Positions 25,062-34,758 of a stretch of DNA of 60,442 nt are shown one piece after another. Where the stretch lies: NCBI GenBank assembly GCA_964550525.1, contig CAZJZJ010000003.1:1-60442 (forward strand). Reading direction: 5' to 3'. Source of the DNA: an uncultured Methanosarcinales archaeon. Lineage in GTDB: Archaea; Nanobdellota; Nanobdellia; Woesearchaeales; JANQNQ01. Position numbers and translations under genes: made by a program. The notes beneath the pieces were generated by a model. It searched no databases and had not been told where the DNA came from. It worked only from the letters and a program-made list of their open reading frames with translations. The first letter of the stretch is position 1. Every line of letters begins with the position of its first letter.

Positions 25062-25073
25062 TATTTAAATGTT
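25062..25073 (-). promoter_or_regulatory. Second consensus BRE/TATA upstream of the TRAM gene (orphan)
   Basis: Minus strand AACATTTAAATA. Only an 8-codon GTG ORF lies at the leaderless spacing. Confidence 0.4.
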
Positions 25074-25230
25074 CTTATTATCAATCACAATTTGAGATAA
25101 ACTACAATATAGTCCTTATAAGTAGATATTGAGATATCAAAAGATTTATAAAGAGATAACTATATTTAGAATGAATATAGGTATACATATATAAAGAGTT
25201 TAGTAGGTTAATGTATAAACAAAAAAGAGT

Positions 25231-26595
25231 GTGTTTATGATTATGGGAGTCAACAATATAGTAGCAGCCTTTTTTAATGGATTCTTTGAAATACATAATT
25301 CAGCTGGAAATGCTGTATATGAATTTTATGTAAATTATTCTAGGATAATATTGGATTATTTCCATATATTTTTCAAAGGAACGTTCCATTTTTTGATTTA
25401 TGTTACAATTGGTTTGACCTTATTTTACCTGTTTATGACTGTTGTAACTCTTTTTAAAAAAAAGAGAGATGAACGTCCTTTGCCTGAAGGAGAAGTACCT
25501 TTTGTTACAATACAAATACCAACGTACAATGAACCTGTTGCTCTAAATTGTGCTAGAAAGTGTTTGGAATTTGACTATCCTAAGGATAGATACGAGATAA
25601 TTATTGGAGATGATAGCTCAGATAATAGAATATCTAAAAAGATTGACGCGTTTGTCGCAGAAAACCCACACTTAGTTAAGGTGACTAGAAGAGGAAATAA
25701 CATTGGTTTTAAACCTGGTAATCTCAACCACATGCTGAAATATACAAGAGGGGAATTCATTGTAATATTTGACTCAGATTTCTTGCCTAAAAGAGATTTT
25801 TTGAGAAGAATAATCTCTCCTTTCTTAAAAGATAATGAGATTTCAGTTGTACAAGCAAGGTGGCGCATAAAAAATTTCACCCAAAATATTTTTTCAATAC
25901 TTGGAGGAACAATCACTTTATTGTGCCATAACATAGCTCTTCCATTTATTTCATGGGGTAAGGGAACATCGTTTTTATGTGGCTCTGCTGAAGCGATTAG
26001 AAAAAAGGATTTAGAAGAACTTGGTGGATGGCAAGCAGGTTCTTTGACAGAAGATATAGAATGCTCATTAAGGCTCATTAAGAAAGGAAAAAGACTGATT
26101 TATCTTGAAGACTTAGAATGCGAGTGTGAAGCGCCGTTTACATTAAGGGACCTTTGCAGACAACAGATGAGGTGGGCTTATGGAGTCATTAGTGCTTTAA
26201 AATTACATTTCTGTGATATACTTAAAAATAGAAAAAACAGGCTTAGAGAAAAGGCAAATGTTTTGATATTTGCATCTGGTTATATGATAGCAGTACTGTT
26301 GTATGGTTTAACTATTTTTGGCGTCTTGAGTATAATAAGCAACAGGCCTGCACCAATTGATTGGTACTTGTTTCTATACGAGACAACTAAGAATATATTG
26401 TTAACAAGCGGGTTCTTAATATCAAGTGTTATTGCCCTTACATTAGGCCAAAGGCTTAAACATATACCAAAGATGGTTGCTGGTTCACTTTCTGTAGGGC
26501 TTATAGTAACATTCTTTGTTAATGTCGGAATATTTAAGTCCTTATTTAATAGAAATATGCAGTGGTTCATGTTAAACAAAAACGGAAATGCGTGA
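25231..26595 (+). CDS. Processive family-2 glycosyltransferase (cellulose/chitin/hyaluronan-synthase-like)
   Basis: IPTYNE, GDDSSD, FDSDF, TEDIECSLR, QQMRWAYG (QxxRW); C-terminal TM bundle. Start ambiguous (GTG 25231, ATG 25237 or ATG 25243). Confidence 0.8.
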   Translation: MFMIMGVNNIVAAFFNGFFEIHNSAGNAVYEFYVNYSRIILDYFHIFFKGTFHFLIYVTIGLTLFYLFMTVVTLFKKKRDERPLPEGEVPFVTIQIPTYNEPVALNCARKCLEFDYPKDRYEIIIGDDSSDNRISKKIDAFVAENPHLVKVTRRGNNIGFKPGNLNHMLKYTRGEFIVIFDSDFLPKRDFLRRIISPFLKDNEISVVQARWRIKNFTQNIFSILGGTITLLCHNIALPFISWGKGTSFLCGSAEAIRKKDLEELGGWQAGSLTEDIECSLRLIKKGKRLIYLEDLECECEAPFTLRDLCRQQMRWAYGVISALKLHFCDILKNRKNRLREKANVLIFASGYMIAVLLYGLTIFGVLSIISNRPAPIDWYLFLYETTKNILLTSGFLISSVIALTLGQRLKHIPKMVAGSLSVGLIVTFFVNVGIFKSLFNRNMQWFMLNKNGNA

Positions 26596-26603
26596 ATTAA
26601 ACC

Positions 26604-26879
26604 ATGATTGAAGGAAAAAAAACTAAAGATTCGTTTTATGCTAAAGCCTCTTTTTATCTAAGTCTTGGTTTCTGGATACCTTTATTTAATCTGGCAATAT
26701 GCAGTGTTTCCATAGCGCTTGCTATAACATCACTTAGGATGGCTCATAAAGAACCCAATAAATATGGTGGAAGAAGGTATGCTATAATTGCGTTAGTACT
26801 CAGTGTTACAAGCATTCTACTCACTGTAGTTGGATTTATAATTTATACGGCTCAGAAAGGCATATGCAATTTACCTTAA
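26604..26879 (+). CDS. Small two/three-TM membrane protein (DUF4190-like)
   Basis: Hydrophobic helices. Lies 8 nt after the GT2 gene. Confidence 0.5.
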   Translation: MIEGKKTKDSFYAKASFYLSLGFWIPLFNLAICSVSIALAITSLRMAHKEPNKYGGRRYAIIALVLSVTSILLTVVGFIIYTAQKGICNLP

Positions 26880-26885
26880 AATGAT

Positions 26886-28187
26886 TTAATCTATAAAGTA
26901 CTTTTTCTTAGAAAAACTGTATTTAATTACACCAAAAACAATTATTAGATTAATGACAATGGTGTAAGGAAAATAAAAAAACATTGATATAATGGCCTGT
27001 AAAGTGATCTTCCCTTTAAAACTCTTTATTGCAATAATTGACAAGATAAATGTAATTATCCCTGCAGATACCCCAAATATATTAAGCAATGACAAGCCCC
27101 ATTCAGGCATCTTATAAAGAACATAAAATGGGCCTGACAAGGAGAACCACCTAAACAGATAGGAAAAAGCTGCAAAAAAACCTTGTTCTAAAGGGGGATA
27201 CCAGAACTTAACTTGGTACACTACAATCGGTAGGAATATAAATGAGTAGAAAGTCCACCAGAATTGATTGAAAAAAAGAAAATAGACTGAAGGTGAAGAT
27301 TTATTTACATGAAGCAGTTTTTTATTCTTTACCAAAGCCTGCAATGCACCATAGTACCATCTCATTCTTTGCTTAAACAGATCTTTAAGTGTTGAGCATG
27401 CTTTCGTTGTAATAATCGCTTTAGTAGATGTGATTATTTTGTAATCAAGGTTATACATTTCAAGACAGATATCCATATCTTCAGTCAAAGTATCCTTTTT
27501 GAAATACCCTATTTTCTCTAGAATCTTCTTTTTGTAACAAGCAACAGCTCCAAAAAACCAAATACTATTTTCGAATACCCTTGAAAACGAAACCCTGATA
27601 AGATTATTCAAGAAATACTCTATTCTTTGGAACTGTTCTATAGCGTTACTTGGGTTTTTTATGAAAGCTACAGAATTCGTAGCTGCAACATCTTTAAAAA
27701 ACATAGGTTTAACCAATTCCTTAATTGTATTCTCACTAATGATAATATCAGCATCTATAGTTAAAACCAGATCATGCTTACTAGAGCTAATACCAAGGTT
27801 AAGGGTTTTTGATTTACCTTGATGCAGGCCATTAACCAATTTCATATCTATCAATTGCCTATGTTCCTTCATGAACCTCTGCACCACCTCCTCAGTATTG
27901 TCTTCAGATTGGTCATTCACAACTACCACTTGTAATTTATCTAACTCATAATCTGATTTTAATATTGAATTAAGACAACTAAGTATATTGTTCTCTTCGT
28001 TGTAGGCCGGAATAATAATACTAACATAAGGTAGGTTTGTTTCATATTCAGACATAGGCATTTTTTGTTTCTTAAACAAAGAGATGATATATGTAACAAG
28101 GATAAAAAACAAGAATAAAAAGAGTATCACCAGTATAGGAATGGTCAAATTCATAATTAGATCATTGCTTAGAAGCTCTATCCGCAT
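26886..28187 (-). CDS. Processive family-2 glycosyltransferase, second copy
   Basis: IPAYNE, NDQSED, IDADI, TEDMDICL, QRMRWYYG; N- and C-terminal TM helices. Confidence 0.8.
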   Translation of the reverse strand: MRIELLSNDLIMNLTIPILVILFLFLFFILVTYIISLFKKQKMPMSEYETNLPYVSIIIPAYNEENNILSCLNSILKSDYELDKLQVVVVNDQSEDNTEEVVQRFMKEHRQLIDMKLVNGLHQGKSKTLNLGISSSKHDLVLTIDADIIISENTIKELVKPMFFKDVAATNSVAFIKNPSNAIEQFQRIEYFLNNLIRVSFSRVFENSIWFFGAVACYKKKILEKIGYFKKDTLTEDMDICLEMYNLDYKIITSTKAIITTKACSTLKDLFKQRMRWYYGALQALVKNKKLLHVNKSSPSVYFLFFNQFWWTFYSFIFLPIVVYQVKFWYPPLEQGFFAAFSYLFRWFSLSGPFYVLYKMPEWGLSLLNIFGVSAGIITFILSIIAIKSFKGKITLQAIISMFFYFPYTIVINLIIVFGVIKYSFSKKKYFID

Positions 28188-28266
28188 TTTTATAACCTAT
28201 ACAGTATACTTAATGTAGTAAACTTGGTTTACTAAAGTATTAATGCCCCGCAAGTATAAAGATGAA

Positions 28267-29919
28267 TTATTTATGATAAATTAAGTTAAATATTTCCGAA
28301 ATATTAAGTTCTAGTGCTGCCACAGGCATCTCAAGACCAAAATTAACCAGGACCTCAGGATTTATTTCACCTATATAAGCAACCTTCTTCTGGTTTACAA
28401 TTACCCTACCAACTCTTCCTTTGATAAAAGAAGGATGGTCAGCTTCTATGATCTCATAACTCAGATTTAGGGCCCTCATCAAAGCATCCAGAACCTGCCT
28501 CAATTCAGTTAGATCTGCTTCAGAATGAGATGAAACTACAGCTAATCTTTGAAACTCTTTAGCTCCCATCTCTGTTTTATTGTCCTTCTTAAAAACAGTA
28601 CCGATCTCAAACAACCTCTGTGGATATTCATGATGCTTATTCTCTGAAAGCACCTGTATTAAAGAAGGGATAATCCAGTTCCTAAGTACATTATACTCGC
28701 TAGTCAGAGCATTCTCAAGCTCAATATAATCTAGGTTAAGGTTCATCTTTGTTGTTATACTATCCTTATCAGTGATATGATAAGTGCATGTTTCTAGTAA
28801 TTGTAACCCTGTAAGCAGATGTGCAATCTTATTCACAAACTGGCTGAACTTTGATTCACTGCCAATAGTAGATATGCTTGGTATCTCTGGCACTAGGTTT
28901 TCATAACCATAAGCAATAGCTATATCCTCAGCAATATCAGACAGATGCAATATGTCTGCCCTGTAAGCAGGAACCAGCACATGACCTTTTTCATAACCAA
29001 AACCCATCCTTCCTAGAAGCTTTTTTGCTTCGGTCTCTTTTAGGTTAAGCCCTATGAGTTTGTTCACATAGTTTAGATCGAATTTCATCTTTTGTGGGCT
29101 TAGGTTTGGTGTGGTTATTTTTTTGTCTGGGTAAAGCAAATCAACACTATAAATATCTCCCCCCATGTCTGCAAACATTGTGACAAATATATTCAAAGCG
29201 ATCTGTACATTGTTAAGGTCTGTACCTGTGCATTCTATAAAGGCTTCTTTTGTTGTCTCATCGATCTTACCTGTATCTTGGGAATTTGTATAAGGCAGCA
29301 TTGACAATACAGAACCTTTATCATCTATATAGCAAGGATACTTCTTCCATCCTTCAGCAACAAAGCTGTATTTTTTCCCAGTGGGATGCGTCCTTTCAAC
29401 CTGCGCTCCAGTCATCTCTCTGTCATAACCAAGTGGCTTGAACTTGATTTCCTTAAGGTCTTTAGCAACATACTTAATAGGAAACTTGATGACATCCATA
29501 GGATACAACCCATAGCATGACTTTCTTCTGTTCCTGCCATGTGTAGCTGCAAGCTTCTCCTGTATCTGCATCACTTCCCTTATCCTTTCATCATTAAATA
29601 TAACATTCTTTACTATAGCGCAGGCAGTATAGGGCCTCATAGTAACTGATTTATCAACCGTTATCTTTTTTCCACTTTTCTTAACCTTATACTTCCTTAA
29701 GCCTGTCTTAACTCCAATAAAAGAAGAAAATGCGCGAGCAAAACCCTGCTCGCTTAACATGTCTGGCCTGTCTGGAAATACCTCTACATGGATCTCGTTG
29801 CCTTCAATACTCTCAAGGTCTGTACCCAACATGGAAATACGGTCCTTGAGCTTTTCTAAAGGCAATTTCTTTCCTACAAGTTTCTCAAAAACCTGTTTAT
29901 TTAATGTAACTGTCGGCAT
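28267..29919 (-). CDS. pheT: Phenylalanine--tRNA ligase beta subunit (archaeal type)
   Basis: MPTVTLNKQVFEKLVGKKL...; 550 aa archaeal B3/4-B5 layout. Confidence 0.9.
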   Translation of the reverse strand: MPTVTLNKQVFEKLVGKKLPLEKLKDRISMLGTDLESIEGNEIHVEVFPDRPDMLSEQGFARAFSSFIGVKTGLRKYKVKKSGKKITVDKSVTMRPYTACAIVKNVIFNDERIREVMQIQEKLAATHGRNRRKSCYGLYPMDVIKFPIKYVAKDLKEIKFKPLGYDREMTGAQVERTHPTGKKYSFVAEGWKKYPCYIDDKGSVLSMLPYTNSQDTGKIDETTKEAFIECTGTDLNNVQIALNIFVTMFADMGGDIYSVDLLYPDKKITTPNLSPQKMKFDLNYVNKLIGLNLKETEAKKLLGRMGFGYEKGHVLVPAYRADILHLSDIAEDIAIAYGYENLVPEIPSISTIGSESKFSQFVNKIAHLLTGLQLLETCTYHITDKDSITTKMNLNLDYIELENALTSEYNVLRNWIIPSLIQVLSENKHHEYPQRLFEIGTVFKKDNKTEMGAKEFQRLAVVSSHSEADLTELRQVLDALMRALNLSYEIIEADHPSFIKGRVGRVIVNQKKVAYIGEINPEVLVNFGLEMPVAALELNISEIFNLIYHK

Positions 29920-29940
29920 TTTTTGTTTTTGCTTTTATTT

Positions 29941-30711
29941 TTATTCGCTAAAGTCTGTTCTGTGTGTAACTAACCTCTTTTTTAAGATCATGTCCCACAA
30001 CTCAAGTTTGAAATTCTCAGATGTACCATCGTAAACAGCGTTAACAGTCAAAGCCTTTCTTAATGATTTACCTCTTGCTAAAGGAGTTGTACTGTTAAAT
30101 CTGCCTTTAATTAAGGTATACTCGTTAGTTGTTTCACTTTGACCAGAGTCATATAAAAACAATCTTAACTCTGGTTCGATTGCTGTATCCCCATCATTGA
30201 CAATAGTGAACCTAAACTTATCAAGAATACCCCCACTGAAGTCCAATTGGTCTGCTGCAAGTGTATAACCGTCTTTAGTGGTATATGTATTTGCAAGAAG
30301 ATTTGAAACCTTAATGTTGGATGTATCAACATCTGTGGTTGTACCTCCGGTTACTGTTGCCCCACCCGAACTATTTGTTACTGTTTTCAAAGCGCATTTA
30401 GCTGCAGAATCCTCTTCAGTACCATCTGAACACACATATTTAGTTATAGTAACAGTTGTATCAGTACATACTGGAGCTTCTGGACAGCTCTGGTTTGTGT
30501 CGCACACTGGGCAAACAGCACATTCTTCGCACTGAGGACATTTCACATCTGTGCAATCCTTTGTTACACCACCTAAAAAGTATAGCCCATAGCCAACCCC
30601 TGCTATGACTAAAAATATCAACAAAGTACCTATACTTATGTTTTTTTCAAGCAATCTCTTATGTGCAGATGCTTTATACCTTCTATCTGGACCGAATATA
30701 TCGTCTTTCAT
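29941..30711 (-). CDS. Single-pass membrane protein with a Cys-rich stalk and beta-rich ectodomain, function unknown
   Basis: TM helix IGTLLIFLVIAGVGYGLYFLGG, then CTDVKCPQCEECAVCPVCDTNQSCPEAPVC. Confidence 0.55.
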   Translation of the reverse strand: MKDDIFGPDRRYKASAHKRLLEKNISIGTLLIFLVIAGVGYGLYFLGGVTKDCTDVKCPQCEECAVCPVCDTNQSCPEAPVCTDTTVTITKYVCSDGTEEDSAAKCALKTVTNSSGGATVTGGTTTDVDTSNIKVSNLLANTYTTKDGYTLAADQLDFSGGILDKFRFTIVNDGDTAIEPELRLFLYDSGQSETTNEYTLIKGRFNSTTPLARGKSLRKALTVNAVYDGTSENFKLELWDMILKKRLVTHRTDFSE

Positions 30712-30752
30712 TCACACCACCTGTTTTGTTTGTTTTTTAATTAATTGTTTAA

Positions 30753-32291
30753 TTACAATAACCATGCCTTTGTTTCACGTAACTGCCTCAGATCATTTTT
30801 ATAAAGATCACGGATATCAGTTATACCATAAACACCAGTGATAATCCTATCTAAACCAGGCCCCCAAGCAAGTACAGGTATATCTTCTCCAAGAAGAGGT
30901 TTGACTACCTCTGGCCTGAATACTCCTGCTGCTATGACTTCAATCCATTTTTTATGCACTGGATCATAAACATCGCCTTCAACACTTGGTTCTGTATATG
31001 GGAAATAAGCAGGTCTAAACCTAACCTTTTTATAACCCATTTTCATTGCAAACTCTTTTAGATAACCAAGCAGATGCCTAAAATTTGCATCTGGGTCTAT
31101 AACTATGCCTTCTGTCTGATTAAATTCAAATAAATGATGAGCATCTAATGTTTCGTTTCTAAAACATTTACCTATAGCAAAGAATTTTGCTGGAAGTTCT
31201 GTTTTTTTTAGCGCTGCTAATGTCCTTGAACTAAGGACTGTTGTATGTGGCCTCATAACATTCTTCTTGGCTTCTTGTTCTGACCATTTATATTGCCAAC
31301 CCTTACTACCAGTAGTCCAACCATTCTCGTGAGTTTGTTTGATTCTATTTATTAAGCTTTTATCCAAAAGCTTGCCAAATTTTGGGTCTTTGATATAAAA
31401 GGTATCTTGAAGTTCGCGTGCAGGATGATCCTGTGGAACAAATAAAGTATCAAAGTTCCATAAGCTTGTCTGCAATAATGGTCCAGTCATCTCCTTAAAG
31501 CCCATATCAAGCCAAATCCTTCTTGCATACTCTATAGCTTCATTCACAAAATGCCTCTTACCTAGATAAACCTTAGGAACATTAATCCCAACATCATAGG
31601 CTCTGATATCACTATTCTTCCATTCACCAGTTTTTATCATCTTCGGAGTTAACCTATCGATCACATCACCTTGTTTTATACCTATCTTAAGTAGCTTTTT
31701 ACCGAGTTCAGTTAATTCTGCAAACTTAAGCTTATTAAGTTCAATTTTTGCAATCTGTTTACGTTTTTTTAGGTTATCTAAAGCAAACTTCTGTTCTGGT
31801 GATAGGTTCTTTGTTTCAACTGGGAATTTAAGTTTAAAGAATTGTTGTTCTAAAGAAGGTTTTGATAATAGTTTTTTACCGTTATCAGTTATTTTTGCAT
31901 ATAGCTTATTTTTTTTCTTTTGAATAGTAATAGCTGCTTTTCTCTTTAAAACACCTATAGAGATATTGACTTCATCCTTTTCTATACATGCTTGTTTTTG
32001 AATTTGATCTATAGATTTTTCTGCTTTCTCAATAGTTTTTAGGAATCTATACTCTGGTAATCCTTGTTTAAGGTATTTAAGCCCATTCTCACCAAGATCA
32101 ACTACTTCCTTAACCTCCTCCCTAAGGTTGATTATTTTTTTATTCTGTAACCACTGCAAACCACGCATAACCTCTACATCCTTCAATGTAGATGCCTTGA
32201 CAATACCTTCAAACAAGCTAGTTTTAGCTATAAGAGGCAGTACTTCACGTTCATACTTGCTTAATGTTGCAATAAGCTTGGTATTGTCCAT
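30753..32291 (-). CDS. pheS: Phenylalanine--tRNA ligase alpha subunit (archaeal/eukaryal type)
   Basis: HPARELQDTFY, FRNETLDAHHLFEFNQ, class II motif 3 region GPGLDRI. Confidence 0.9.
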   Translation of the reverse strand: MDNTKLIATLSKYEREVLPLIAKTSLFEGIVKASTLKDVEVMRGLQWLQNKKIINLREEVKEVVDLGENGLKYLKQGLPEYRFLKTIEKAEKSIDQIQKQACIEKDEVNISIGVLKRKAAITIQKKKNKLYAKITDNGKKLLSKPSLEQQFFKLKFPVETKNLSPEQKFALDNLKKRKQIAKIELNKLKFAELTELGKKLLKIGIKQGDVIDRLTPKMIKTGEWKNSDIRAYDVGINVPKVYLGKRHFVNEAIEYARRIWLDMGFKEMTGPLLQTSLWNFDTLFVPQDHPARELQDTFYIKDPKFGKLLDKSLINRIKQTHENGWTTGSKGWQYKWSEQEAKKNVMRPHTTVLSSRTLAALKKTELPAKFFAIGKCFRNETLDAHHLFEFNQTEGIVIDPDANFRHLLGYLKEFAMKMGYKKVRFRPAYFPYTEPSVEGDVYDPVHKKWIEVIAAGVFRPEVVKPLLGEDIPVLAWGPGLDRIITGVYGITDIRDLYKNDLRQLRETKAWLL

Positions 32292-32325
32292 TTCTTACCC
32301 TCTTTGCTGTGAAAAGTATTTTGAT

Positions 32326-33186
32326 TTATATATCTTTCTCTTTAACAAGCTGATCTATAAGAAAATCGCTTTCTTTTGAAGCTTTTCTCCTAAAGTCTCC
32401 TAAAAACATTCCTGATCCTTTAAAGTAGCTAATAAACGCTTTTTTATCCTTCTTATTGATTATTCTTTGAAGTTTTTTAGCGCTCTTCATGAATTGTTTA
32501 ATGCTTTCTTTTGCTTTTGGGTTCAACATCTCAATATCAGCGTACAAACTAGGGTCCTGGTTAAGTATCCTACCAACCATATCCATCCTGATTTTGTATA
32601 TTGGACTTGTGTACTCTATACTTTTATTTACATCTACATTGAGTTCCTTTAAAGCATTACCAATAACCATATTACTAAAATGAGTTATGCCCTGTATCAC
32701 TGACATCAATTTATCATGCTCTCCAGGGGTTGTAATTTTGACCTTTGCTTTATTCTTTTGTAAGATTGATTTTAACCAAGGCAACCATTTCTTACCACGA
32801 GCTGGGCAAAGTACCACTGTCTGTTTATTTAGAGAACTTACAGAAGGTCCAAAAACAGGATGCATCCCAATAACTTCACACTTAGCATACTTAAGCATAA
32901 CTTTAACAGGTTCGACCTTGATAGAAGTAAGGTCTGTTAGCAACCCCTGCTTTTTAATCAAAGGTGCAACCTTTTTGATAACTTCCAATGTTTTACTAAT
33001 AGGCACTGTAATAATACATATATCTACTTTTCTAGCACATTCTTCTGGAGTAAGTTTAGTTGTTCTACTAGCAATAAGAACTTTATAGCCTTGTTTCTCA
33101 AAGAACCTCTTAAACCATTGTCCCATCTGGCCTGTACCGCCAATGATACCAATTATTGGTTTAACTTGTTTTTTCGCCATTTTCAA
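32326..33186 (-). CDS. tyrA: Prephenate dehydrogenase
   Basis: IGIIGGTGQMGQWF Rossmann, HPVFGP, EHDKLMSVIQGITHF. Confidence 0.85.
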   Translation of the reverse strand: MKMAKKQVKPIIGIIGGTGQMGQWFKRFFEKQGYKVLIASRTTKLTPEECARKVDICIITVPISKTLEVIKKVAPLIKKQGLLTDLTSIKVEPVKVMLKYAKCEVIGMHPVFGPSVSSLNKQTVVLCPARGKKWLPWLKSILQKNKAKVKITTPGEHDKLMSVIQGITHFSNMVIGNALKELNVDVNKSIEYTSPIYKIRMDMVGRILNQDPSLYADIEMLNPKAKESIKQFMKSAKKLQRIINKKDKKAFISYFKGSGMFLGDFRRKASKESDFLIDQLVKEKDI

Positions 33187-34250
33187 CCTTTCAACGCTTT
33201 TTGTTTAAGTAAAGAATCATAAAGCACAATGGAAACCATTGCTTCAACCACTGGTACAACCCTTGGGCAGATACATGGATCATGCCTGCCTTTTATTTGT
33301 ATCTTCTTTTTCCTGCCTTTTAAATCCAATGTCCATTGTGGTTTTGCTATTGACGAAGTTGGTTTAACTGCAACCCTAATTACAATAGGCATACCCGTGG
33401 AGATACCACCGATTATACCACCTGCATTATTGGTCTTTGTAAGTATAAGGTTACCCTTTTTTATAAAAAGGTCATTGTTTTCAGAACCCTTCATCTTTGC
33501 TGCTTTAAACCCAGAACCAATTTCTACACCTTTAACAGCTCCGATTGACATCAATGCCTTAGCTAACTCCGCATCAAGTTTACCAAAAACAGGCTCACCT
33601 AACCCAGGAAGCACGCCTTCAGCAATAACCTCAACTATACCTCCTACTGAGTCACCTTGTTTCTTTGTCTCTAAAATAAGATGTTCCATCTTTTTGGCAG
33701 CTTCTATATCAGGACACCTTATAGGATTCTTATCAATATTGTTAAGGTTAATATTTTTAGCTTTTATGTTACCGATTTCTTTAACATAAGCAGTTACCTT
33801 TACTCCATGACGTTTAAGTTGCTGTAAAGCAAATGCCCCTGCTGCAACCCTTGCAACAGTTTCTCTACCAGAAGCTCTACCTCCACCCCGGTAATCACGA
33901 ATACCATATTTCTTAAGATAAGTAAACCCTGCATGACCTGGCCTAAAGATGTTTTTTAATTTTTCATAATCCTTGGATTTCATACCTTTATTATAAACAA
34001 CCAGGCAAATAGGTGTACCAAGTGTCTTGCCTTCAAAAAGACCTGAAAGTACGTGTACCTTATCCTTTTCTTTACGTGCAGTTGTTATTTTACTCTGCCC
34101 AGGCTTTCTTTTATCCAATAACTTTTGAATCCCAGCAATATCAAATTTCAATCCAGGTTTAACCCCATCCATAACTACACCTACTGCTTCTCCATGTGAC
34201 TCACCAAAGGTTGTAATCCGAAACATTTTTCCAAAATTATTGCCAGTCAT
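33183..34250 (-). CDS. aroC: Chorismate synthase
   Basis: FRITTFGESHG, GGGRASGRETV, RHDPCI. Confidence 0.95.
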   Translation of the reverse strand: MTGNNFGKMFRITTFGESHGEAVGVVMDGVKPGLKFDIAGIQKLLDKRKPGQSKITTARKEKDKVHVLSGLFEGKTLGTPICLVVYNKGMKSKDYEKLKNIFRPGHAGFTYLKKYGIRDYRGGGRASGRETVARVAAGAFALQQLKRHGVKVTAYVKEIGNIKAKNINLNNIDKNPIRCPDIEAAKKMEHLILETKKQGDSVGGIVEVIAEGVLPGLGEPVFGKLDAELAKALMSIGAVKGVEIGSGFKAAKMKGSENNDLFIKKGNLILTKTNNAGGIIGGISTGMPIVIRVAVKPTSSIAKPQWTLDLKGRKKKIQIKGRHDPCICPRVVPVVEAMVSIVLYDSLLKQKALKG

Positions 34251-34251
34251 T

Positions 34252-34758
34252 TTATTCCTTAAGGTATTCTCTTATTTTTTGCACTACTTGCGGTATTGTT
34301 AATCTAGTTGTATCAATTGCAGCATCAGCTGCTTCCAAGTAAAGCGGCATGCGTTTAGTTAACACTTCTTCAACTTCTTCTGTAAAAGATTTGTCTTTTG
34401 TTAAAGACGGCCTATCTGCAGCACCTTCTATTCTTTGTATAATTGTTTTTATGTCTGCTGTAAGCAGGATAATTTTTGAGTTTTGTTTAAGGTTAGCTAT
34501 GTTCCTTTTATCCTCTATAACTCCTCCGCCTGTATCAACCACACAGTTATCTAGCTCTTTTATTTCTTCTATTACTTCTGTCTCCCTTTCCCTGAAATAA
34601 TCCCAACCTTTCTTCTTCACAGTTTCATTGATCGTAGCGTTTTCTTTTTCAACCACTAGATTATCCGTTGAAAGATACTTCAAATCAAGTTCATCTGCTA
34701 GCTGTTTTGATACTGATGTTTTACCAGTTCCCCTATAACCAATGATTATGATTTTCAT
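34252..34758 (-). CDS. aroK: Shikimate kinase, P-loop AroK type
   Basis: IIGYRGTGKTSV, FRERETEV, DTGGGV, DRPSL. Confidence 0.85.
   Translation of the reverse strand: MKIIIIGYRGTGKTSVSKQLADELDLKYLSTDNLVVEKENATINETVKKKGWDYFRERETEVIEEIKELDNCVVDTGGGVIEDKRNIANLKQNSKIILLTADIKTIIQRIEGAADRPSLTKDKSFTEEVEEVLTKRMPLYLEAADAAIDTTRLTIPQVVQKIREYLKE

Noticed and set aside
25102-25296. 64-aa minus-strand ORF in the AT-rich gap upstream of the first GT2 gene
   Set aside because: It has Tyr/Ile/Leu low-complexity sequence, no TATA at leaderless spacing and no SD. It overlaps the probable GT2 promoter and start region.
28217-28233. 7-bp hairpin AGTAAAC-TTG-GTTTACT after pheT
   Set aside because: The stem is short and AT-rich with no adjacent oligo-T tract on the transcribed strand, so the evidence is too weak to call a terminator.
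33229-33789. 186-aa plus-strand ORF opposite aroC (similar long antisense ORFs at 32687-33088, 36555-36869, 38771-39181, 47798-48139 and 45480-45788)
   Set aside because: All lie antisense to genes with unambiguous enzyme motifs. None has a start context matching the promoter or SD grammar of this window.
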